64,000 bases of DNA from a virus (taxonomy: Duplodnaviria; Caudoviricetes), in IMG/VR virus record IMGVR_UViG_3300031466_000001, positions 96,001 to 160,000 of that record; one strand, 5' to 3'. The position numbers were made by a program, and so were the translations under genes. Every line of letters begins with the position of its first letter. Position 1 is the stretch's first letter. The notes below the pieces were generated by a model that ran no database searches, was not told the DNA's origin, and saw only the letters and a program-made list of their open reading frames with translations. This document shows positions 57,390 through 64,000 of the stretch, one piece after another.

Positions 57390-60038
57390 ATGAGCGGACA
57401 ATATACTGGTCCAGATGAAATATTATATAAAGATGCAATGACATATGACACTTTTGAAGTAAAAGCTATGGAAGAAGCTCTCCATGATCTGAAGATAAAT
57501 GCATTTAAATATCTTTATGATGCACAGAAAGATCTGGCTGATGTGCATCGGTTTGATCTTAAGATGAGCGATCTGGTAAGGACAAAGGTAAAGAAAACTG
57601 ATACCGGTTTCAATTCTTACGTAGGTTTCTTGAATAGAAATTTCATTACCGAAAAACAAAGACACGCTTTTAAACAATCTCAATTCTACAACAGCGAAAT
57701 TAGTATCCATGATACTGCAGCCAACCCAAGTTTATTTGCTTATACGTTTCTCGTGTTCATAAACGGGAAATTCTATGATAATATAAAGATTTTTTGTGAT
57801 GAAGATAAAACCTATCTAGTCTTCAATGTCATCACCAGTGGTACAGATGGAATACCTAAGGATCTTTTTGATAGTCTTCTTGCTGAAGATGCCAACATTA
57901 CCGTATTTTTTGTCCCCAACTGTGCTTACGGTATCTATACAACTAATAGATACGTTTTGCTTAAATATAAAGATAATCTTGCCTTGAATAGATTCAATAT
58001 TGAAAACAGCTTAGGTACTGAACAATCGTACCTGACTTTCATCAATGATAATGATCTTCTCTTCGAGGGTGTAGTAGTAAATACTGTAAAATCAGGAGAT
58101 ATGCTTAGATTTACTGATGAAAATATCAACGACTTCCAGAATAGATATGTGCATCTCAATATTTTTGGTTTTAGGCATTTACTTGATCAAATTGATTTAC
58201 CGGGAACCCAAAAATTCTTCTCATTACCTGTAATGGATATGCCGATACCTGTTGAAAATATGATTATCTTTAAAAACACGCCTGATGGAAAGAAAGTATT
58301 CGCGCATGATATTGAAACAAAGATGTATTATCCCAACGTGTATGAAATTTTAAATAATGACGATGATGAAGATCTTACTATCTATGTTTTTTATTTCGAT
58401 GACACTCCAGTATCCGGAGGTTATCCTAAATATAAAGATGAAATTGCTCTCTACCGGGCAACTATGAATCTGACAGCGGACGATTACCCACTTAACGTTC
58501 CGGAAATTATCAAAAATTATGATCCTGAGTCATTGATCTATGGTATTAAAGATTTTATCAATTCTGAAGACCATCCTAATCATTTGACGTATAAAGTAAA
58601 TAAACTTAAGGAATGGATTAGAAAAGATCCATCAAGAATGGTCTCATATCTTATAAAGCAAGTTAATACTTCCAATTCGTTCTACATTGATTGCTCGGAT
58701 ATAAATCTGGCTGAAAAATATAGGACGAATAACTACAGTGAAGTTAAATATGAATATGAAAAGAAAGAATTTAATGAGCCTAGGTATGTTTTTGTCCTTC
58801 GGAGATATTATAATATCGATGAAATTTATTATCGATTCTTTATTGATGGTAATAACTATTATCCTGATGAGGTTTATGTCGATGATTTTTATGAATACTA
58901 TTATATTCCTATTACTCTTATTACCAACACAAGTCTTATTGAAGTTGAGAAATTTGAAACCTTTGATCTTCATCAGGATATAGTATTTGATGAAGTTGAT
59001 GAGAAAAAAGAAGTCGATCTCAATAAGAATATTCAAATTTATGCAAGCGATATCTTCTTTGTTAATTCTGAAACACAAGAATTTATTGATAAATCGAAAT
59101 TTAAAATATCGTATGTAGACGTTTTTGAAATAGAATTACCTACAAATTCATTCAAAAAGATACCAACTAAATTTTATGTGACTCTATTAGATCCATCCCT
59201 TGAAGGAGTTAATATTACTGTAAGAGTCAAGCAGTTCTTCCAGATTAAACACTATAAAATTAATAATGAAGAAGATAAAGGTGAAGCGTTCAATCTTATA
59301 ATTGCAGCAGAAAACGATAAATCTAATATTAGAGTGTTTAAGAATGGGCGTCTTCTTCCCAATAACTATATTCATTTCTATCCATCTCTCACTTACGGTG
59401 GAACCAGCGTCGTTTTACCTGGTATTACTAGAGAAATTGGGGAAGAATATGTAGTGGACTACACACCGTATAAATATGAAGTCGTTTATAGTGCTAACAC
59501 TATACCCAATACTGGACTTATTGATCTGAGCGGTCTCATTGATAAACCGTTTGATCTGAAATGGTTTGATGTCTACGTCAATGGCAGAAAATTAACTAAA
59601 GATAATATTGAGATTATTTCATCGACGATTATTCTTGTGAAAAATGTACAAAGTGTAAAGAATTTTTATATCTATCAAAAGAACAGAGGTGCAGAATATT
59701 TTACCTTCGATATAAGTACTAATCCCGGATTTGATAATTTTATTTGGACAACTATTGAAGATTTTCGAGATGCATTTATGGAAGGTAAACCTCTTCTCGA
59801 TGACATTGAGCAAGATATTATCAGTGATATCGTTGATATTATATCCATTGAAAGATCTGCGTTCTTTGAAGAATTTATAAAAGCTATTAAAATAATTAAT
59901 CCTGATTTATATCAGATTCCTGATATATATAAGACCAGATATTCGTCTATCTTTCAAGGTAACGTCGCTGTCTTAAATCCTGATGATAGTGATCCAATGG
60001 CTACCGGTCTTAAAGTTTTCCCCGATGAGGATTTATAA
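57390..60038 (+). CDS. Large virion structural protein (baseplate/tail)
   Basis: About 882 aa, repeated (V/F)F(I/K)NG beta motifs; structural-gene neighbourhood. Confidence 0.7.
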   Translation: MSGQYTGPDEILYKDAMTYDTFEVKAMEEALHDLKINAFKYLYDAQKDLADVHRFDLKMSDLVRTKVKKTDTGFNSYVGFLNRNFITEKQRHAFKQSQFYNSEISIHDTAANPSLFAYTFLVFINGKFYDNIKIFCDEDKTYLVFNVITSGTDGIPKDLFDSLLAEDANITVFFVPNCAYGIYTTNRYVLLKYKDNLALNRFNIENSLGTEQSYLTFINDNDLLFEGVVVNTVKSGDMLRFTDENINDFQNRYVHLNIFGFRHLLDQIDLPGTQKFFSLPVMDMPIPVENMIIFKNTPDGKKVFAHDIETKMYYPNVYEILNNDDDEDLTIYVFYFDDTPVSGGYPKYKDEIALYRATMNLTADDYPLNVPEIIKNYDPESLIYGIKDFINSEDHPNHLTYKVNKLKEWIRKDPSRMVSYLIKQVNTSNSFYIDCSDINLAEKYRTNNYSEVKYEYEKKEFNEPRYVFVLRRYYNIDEIYYRFFIDGNNYYPDEVYVDDFYEYYYIPITLITNTSLIEVEKFETFDLHQDIVFDEVDEKKEVDLNKNIQIYASDIFFVNSETQEFIDKSKFKISYVDVFEIELPTNSFKKIPTKFYVTLLDPSLEGVNITVRVKQFFQIKHYKINNEEDKGEAFNLIIAAENDKSNIRVFKNGRLLPNNYIHFYPSLTYGGTSVVLPGITREIGEEYVVDYTPYKYEVVYSANTIPNTGLIDLSGLIDKPFDLKWFDVYVNGRKLTKDNIEIISSTIILVKNVQSVKNFYIYQKNRGAEYFTFDISTNPGFDNFIWTTIEDFRDAFMEGKPLLDDIEQDIISDIVDIISIERSAFFEEFIKAIKIINPDLYQIPDIYKTRYSSIFQGNVAVLNPDDSDPMATGLKVFPDEDL

Positions 60039-60143
60039 TAAAGAAATAAGAGATCCCCTATACAAGTCTTTTGTATGGGGGGTTCTCTTTTTTGAAAACA
60101 TTATAATAAATTATTGGATGTCTGTGTAAAGGAGGATACAGTC

Positions 60144-60764
60144 ATGGCTGATATGAATAGGTTTGCTGTTTCTGCTCTTAGTAGAGACAGAAAGGCAGAA
60201 GCATTGCCTGAAGAACTATTAGTTCATAAACCGACAGGTCAAATGCTGATTAAAAGACCGGATGGTCGTATTATATCATATGATAAAATTTCACGTCTTA
60301 AAACTCATATAGATTTTTTAGAATCCAGTCATAGTATTATTGGTATCGATGGTGATCTCTGTCTGTTGGAATTGGATCACATAGAACTACCGAATACTGT
60401 ACAATATGAATCTAATATACTTGACAACCCTCTTACTTTAGGCGATTCACCTGTATCGAAAATTTTAATATCCATGGATATTGATTGTATGGAATTTGTA
60501 AATGGGGAAGCTTTTATCTTAAGAGATCTTCCAAGCATCAGGTTCGAATTCGAATTTGTTGATGAAAATGATCAAACTCATTCTGTAACTAAAACTGTAC
60601 CTCTAAATAAACTATCGACAAATATTTTTAATGTATTGAATTACAGTCCTAATTCTACGCCTATGAATGCAACACTAAATGGTATTTACATTGAAGAAAA
60701 TCCTTCTAACGTTGGTAAGGTTTTGGAAAATATACTGCATAGTATATTAATTATTTTAGAATAA
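60144..60764 (+). CDS. Tail-associated structural protein
   Basis: Late motif 60097-60108; AAGGAGG RBS. Confidence 0.65.
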   Translation: MADMNRFAVSALSRDRKAEALPEELLVHKPTGQMLIKRPDGRIISYDKISRLKTHIDFLESSHSIIGIDGDLCLLELDHIELPNTVQYESNILDNPLTLGDSPVSKILISMDIDCMEFVNGEAFILRDLPSIRFEFEFVDENDQTHSVTKTVPLNKLSTNIFNVLNYSPNSTPMNATLNGIYIEENPSNVGKVLENILHSILIILE

Positions 60765-60783
60765 AAAGGCGGGTGATTTTTAT

Positions 60784-61218
60784 ATGGCAACTTTAAGAAA
60801 ATTAAAAAACTTCAGCGAAAATAACCTAACAACATTGGATAAAATTATCGCTATAACTCTCGGAGATTCCGATATAGATTGGTATGATGAAACCAAAATT
60901 TATAATGCCGATGATTTAATTATTAGGGTAAATCCTTCTACTGGGAAGAAGGAGATTTTATCTTGTAAAAAATCCGGGGCGACTGGTCCATTTGATATTA
61001 ATGATTGGCAAGTTGTAAACATGACCAATATTTCATCAACTAGCGTAATCCCAGTATCTGAAGAAGAACCTCCGAATCCAAAACCGAATATGATTTGGTT
61101 TAAAAATATGGGGGAGTCACCAGATTTCGGTGACAACATTATAATAATTATAGGTAATGTTAGTCTCGACGGAACAACCGAATTTTGGTTTGATTCCAAT
61201 AACAGAGACGGCGAATAG
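60784..61218 (+). CDS. Tail-associated protein
   Basis: WYDETKIY...GPFD..DW carbohydrate-binding-like segment; VSEEEPP.P..NMIWF fibre-type motif. Confidence 0.6.
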   Translation: MATLRKLKNFSENNLTTLDKIIAITLGDSDIDWYDETKIYNADDLIIRVNPSTGKKEILSCKKSGATGPFDINDWQVVNMTNISSTSVIPVSEEEPPNPKPNMIWFKNMGESPDFGDNIIIIIGNVSLDGTTEFWFDSNNRDGE

Positions 61219-61251
61219 AAAAACAGTAAAAGAAAGGGGGTAAGATGAGAA

Positions 61252-63405
61252 ATGAGCAGTAAAAACATTCAGATTCGTCACAAGAATGGTAGTGAATGGG
61301 ATAATTTATACCCAAAAACAAAAGCGGAATTAGTAGAAGGTCTTGATGAGCAACTTGCCGGAAAGGTTGATAAAGAAGAAGGTAAAGGTCTTTCTACTGA
61401 AGATTATACTACAGAAGAAAAGAATAAACTTGCGGGCATTGAGGAAGGAGCCAACAAATACGTTCATCCAACTAGTGCTGGTAATAAACATATTCCTTCT
61501 GGCGGTGCGCCTAACCAGGTACTTAAATATGGCGGTTCGTCAGGAACCGCAACATGGGGTGCTCTGACATCTGCAGATATTCCTACATTGGCTCTTAGTA
61601 AGATTTCCGATGCAGGTACAGCAGCTTCCAGAGATATCGGTACTTCTGCTGGTAATGTGCCTGTATTGGATAGCAATGGTAAACTTGATGTTAATGTCCT
61701 TCCTGCAATTGCTATTTCGGATACTTTCGTTGTCGGAAGCGAAGGAGAAATGCTGGGTCTTACTGCGGAAGTTGGTGATATCGCGGTACGATCGGATATC
61801 AACAAAACATTCATTTTGAGAGCAGAACCTGCATCCGTAGTTGGCAACTGGCAAGAACTTTTGACTCCGACTTCCCCTGTACAATCTGTTGCAGGTAAAA
61901 CCGGTGCAGTTACACTGGTTAAAGGTGACGTGGGACTCGGAAACGTCCAAAACTATGGAATAGCAACACAGGAAGAAGCAGAAGCCGGAACGTCCGATAC
62001 CGCGTACATGACGCCGCTTAAAACAGCGCAGGCGATTGCTGCACTTGCACCCGCGCCGGATGCTTCGGAAGTTTCGCTTAGTTCACCGAATTTCACTTCT
62101 ACCAACGTCCGGGATGGAATGGATGAACTTTTTCAATCTGTCAGTGATGGGAAAAATCAGATCGCTTCCGCCATCACTGACATGGGACAGTCTGCTTCAG
62201 GAGGCGACACGTTTGCGCAGTTGTCAAGCAAAATTCGGGACATCTCCAAGGACGCGAACGCGGCTGTTGGGGATGTTTTGACCGGTAAGACGTTTTATCA
62301 GGGCGGAGTAAAGCGCACCGGCACGATGCCCAATAACGGATCGGTTTCCCAAACGCTGACATCACAAGGCGAAGAATACACGATCCCGGAGGGATACCAC
62401 GACGGCACCGGCACGGTCACGACCGACATCGTGAATCTGTCCGCAGGAAATATCCGAGCCGGTGCGACGGTAGGCGGCGTTGATGGTACGTTCACTAGCG
62501 ACGCGACAGCCACGGCTGGTCAAATCTTGTCTGGCCGGACGGCGTATGTTAACGGCTCGAAGGTAACCGGCAGCATGATCAACAATGGAGCCGTCAGTCA
62601 AACCTTGACCACGCAGGGGGCGTCGTACACAATCCCGGCAGGTTATCACAATGGCAGCGGCACAGTCACGGCCAATATCACCAACTTGACGGCGGCCAAT
62701 ATCAAGGCTGGTACGACGGTCGGCGGCGTATCTGGAACATTCACAAGCGACGCAACCGCAACAGCCGCACAAATCTTGTCTGGCCGGACGGCGTATGTTA
62801 ACGGCTCGAAGGTAACCGGCACGATGCCAGTCAAAACAAATGATTATGGCGCACCGCGTACAGGCCAAACTGGGCGTCTGTATGTGACACCGGAAGCAGG
62901 ATACCATGACGGGACTGTAAGGGTCTATACGGACGACGCTAATTTTAATGCTGCCAATATCAAGTCTGGGGTTACGCTGTTCGGAATAACCGGTACGTAT
63001 GCGCCGATTTCCGTAGGTAGTACAACCCTGACATTTAACCGATCCGGCTCCGGTAACAATGTTACGTCGATTATCTATTATGCGAATTACACGCCGCCCA
63101 AGACAAACTTTTTGGGGTCGTTCCAAATACCCGTTACGTTCACAATCGGGAACATTGAATATAAAGGAGACCCGTTTAACAGCATCACGATCGGATATCC
63201 GACAAACCTAATCTTCGGCTATGGTTTGTACATTGTCGACCCGACCGTTAATGCAGAAATACAAATCAGCGCCATTTATAATAGTAGCACTGGCCGTATT
63301 CAACTACAGATTGGTAACCCGTCCACAGCAAGTCCTAAAGCGTTGTTTACCAATATCAGCACCAATAGCTTTACAGCGGGTTTACGGTATGTTTCATGGG
63401 AGTGA
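61252..63405 (+). CDS. Tail fibre / receptor-binding protein, chimeric
   Basis: LYPKT, KVDKEEGKGLSTEDYT, VQSVAGKTGAVTL, FQSVSDGK..IASAIT, repeated DATATA.QILSG.TAY and YTIP.GYH.G.G units. Confidence 0.88.
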   Translation: MSSKNIQIRHKNGSEWDNLYPKTKAELVEGLDEQLAGKVDKEEGKGLSTEDYTTEEKNKLAGIEEGANKYVHPTSAGNKHIPSGGAPNQVLKYGGSSGTATWGALTSADIPTLALSKISDAGTAASRDIGTSAGNVPVLDSNGKLDVNVLPAIAISDTFVVGSEGEMLGLTAEVGDIAVRSDINKTFILRAEPASVVGNWQELLTPTSPVQSVAGKTGAVTLVKGDVGLGNVQNYGIATQEEAEAGTSDTAYMTPLKTAQAIAALAPAPDASEVSLSSPNFTSTNVRDGMDELFQSVSDGKNQIASAITDMGQSASGGDTFAQLSSKIRDISKDANAAVGDVLTGKTFYQGGVKRTGTMPNNGSVSQTLTSQGEEYTIPEGYHDGTGTVTTDIVNLSAGNIRAGATVGGVDGTFTSDATATAGQILSGRTAYVNGSKVTGSMINNGAVSQTLTTQGASYTIPAGYHNGSGTVTANITNLTAANIKAGTTVGGVSGTFTSDATATAAQILSGRTAYVNGSKVTGTMPVKTNDYGAPRTGQTGRLYVTPEAGYHDGTVRVYTDDANFNAANIKSGVTLFGITGTYAPISVGSTTLTFNRSGSGNNVTSIIYYANYTPPKTNFLGSFQIPVTFTIGNIEYKGDPFNSITIGYPTNLIFGYGLYIVDPTVNAEIQISAIYNSSTGRIQLQIGNPSTASPKALFTNISTNSFTAGLRYVSWE
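61857..61931 (+). repeat. 75-bp direct repeat, copy 1 (inside fibre gene)
   Basis: ACTTTTGACTCCGACTTCCCCT...AAAGGTGACGT identical to 63889-63963. Confidence 0.95.
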
Positions 63406-63458
63406 AATCGTGATGACGAGAGAGGACTCATTATACAGATCGCATCGGCGGCCAAGCC

Positions 63459-63608
63459 GAGCAATATAAACAAATCACCGGATTTGATTATGAAGCGTAA
63501 GGCTCCGCCGAATAGGCGGGGCCTCATAATCTGCACAGTGTGGTACAATTAGACGCTATGACGGCAGAAGAATATGAGCAGATTACGAGCGAGCCGTACA
63601 CACCCTAA
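63459..63608 (+). pseudogene. Two XkdX-like C-terminal remnants
   Basis: EQYKQITGFDYEA* (63459-63500) and VVQLDAMTAEEYEQITSEPYTP* (63540-63608) match the XkdX IT.E(E/Q)Y..ITG..Y tail. Confidence 0.6.
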
Positions 63609-63630
63609 TTAGGCGCAGAGACGTGTAATT

Positions 63631-63657
63631 AGACCCTGCTTAATGCGGGGTCTTTTT
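63631..63657 (+). terminator. Rho-independent terminator
   Basis: AGACCCTGC-TTAAT-GCGGGGTCT-TTTT. Confidence 0.75.
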
Positions 63658-63761
63658 GTTGACTTCGTAGTGACAAAAGGGAAATTTTATACGATAATAG
63701 TGTTAAAGTACTCGTAAAGTACGATTACGTTACCGTCGCTGGAAGGGGTGGAAAAGTTCCG

Positions 63762-63809
63762 ATGGACTTTACGAGCCTTGGAGAGTACGGCGTAGGAATC
63801 GCGTCATGA
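63762..63809 (+). pseudogene. Truncated holin-like gene start (15 codons)
   Basis: GGAAGGGGTG RBS + MDFTSLGEYGVGIAS*; preceded by sigmaA-like GTGACA-17-GATAAT. Confidence 0.45.
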
Positions 63810-64000
63810 CTTCTCCCGATGGTATAAACTGGACGATTCGTTCAACTCCGGCGGATAACAACTGGTATTCCGTCACTTATGGCAACGGACTTTTGACTCC
63901 GACTTCCCCTGTACAATCTGTTGCAGGTAAAACCGGTGCAGTTACACTGGTTAAAGGTGACGTTGGTCTTGATAATGTTGAAAACTACGGTATCGCTTCT
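63806..64000 (+). CDS. Second tail-fibre continuation, fused to a propeller-repeat fragment; runs off window
   Basis: MTSPDGINWTIRSTPADNNWYSVTYGNGL-LTPTSPVQSVAGKTGAVTLVKGDVGLDNVENYGIAS, open to end of window. Confidence 0.7.
   Translation, partial: MTSPDGINWTIRSTPADNNWYSVTYGNGLLTPTSPVQSVAGKTGAVTLVKGDVGLDNVENYGIAS
63889..63963 (+). repeat. 75-bp direct repeat, copy 2
   Basis: Identical to 61857-61931 and read as the same peptide. Confidence 0.95.

Noticed and set aside
61857-63963. Diversity-generating retroelement or invertase shufflon as explanation for the fibre repeats
   Set aside because: Repeats are identical (no adenine-specific variation), direct rather than inverted, and mid-gene; no reverse transcriptase or site-specific recombinase in the window, though one could lie beyond 64000

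Overview
A 64 kb segment of an AT-rich jumbo myovirus of the AR9/PBS1-phiKZ type. The host is probably a spore-forming, S-layer-bearing Bacillota such as Paenibacillaceae (inference from the SLH endolysin and the RsfA/GerR-like and CgeB-like genes). The window encodes tail sheath, tail tube and portal; four separate fragments of two multisubunit RNA polymerases; a split family-B DNA polymerase; SbcC and SbcD; NAD ligase; RecA; DnaB; a Dda/RecD helicase; GyrA/GyrB-type topoisomerase subunits; an FtsZ/tubulin homologue; a ParA with an orphan partner; three tRNAs; a lysis cassette; and a tail-fibre locus. Two phage promoter motifs can be read directly from the DNA: TATATATTAT (13 exact copies, mostly before replication and non-virion RNAP genes) and AACA-N6-TR (16 exact copies), which is the AR9 non-virion RNAP consensus. 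The most striking structure is at the right end. The tail-fibre gene carries a GC-rich foreign C-terminal cassette, followed by XkdX and holin remnants. This block lies between two identical 75-bp in-frame direct repeats, and a second, native-codon fibre continuation starts behind the second repeat. This may be a capture-and-revert receptor-switching system. Four small accessory genes are broken while all large genes are intact. All calls come from motif recognition by eye; no searches were run.
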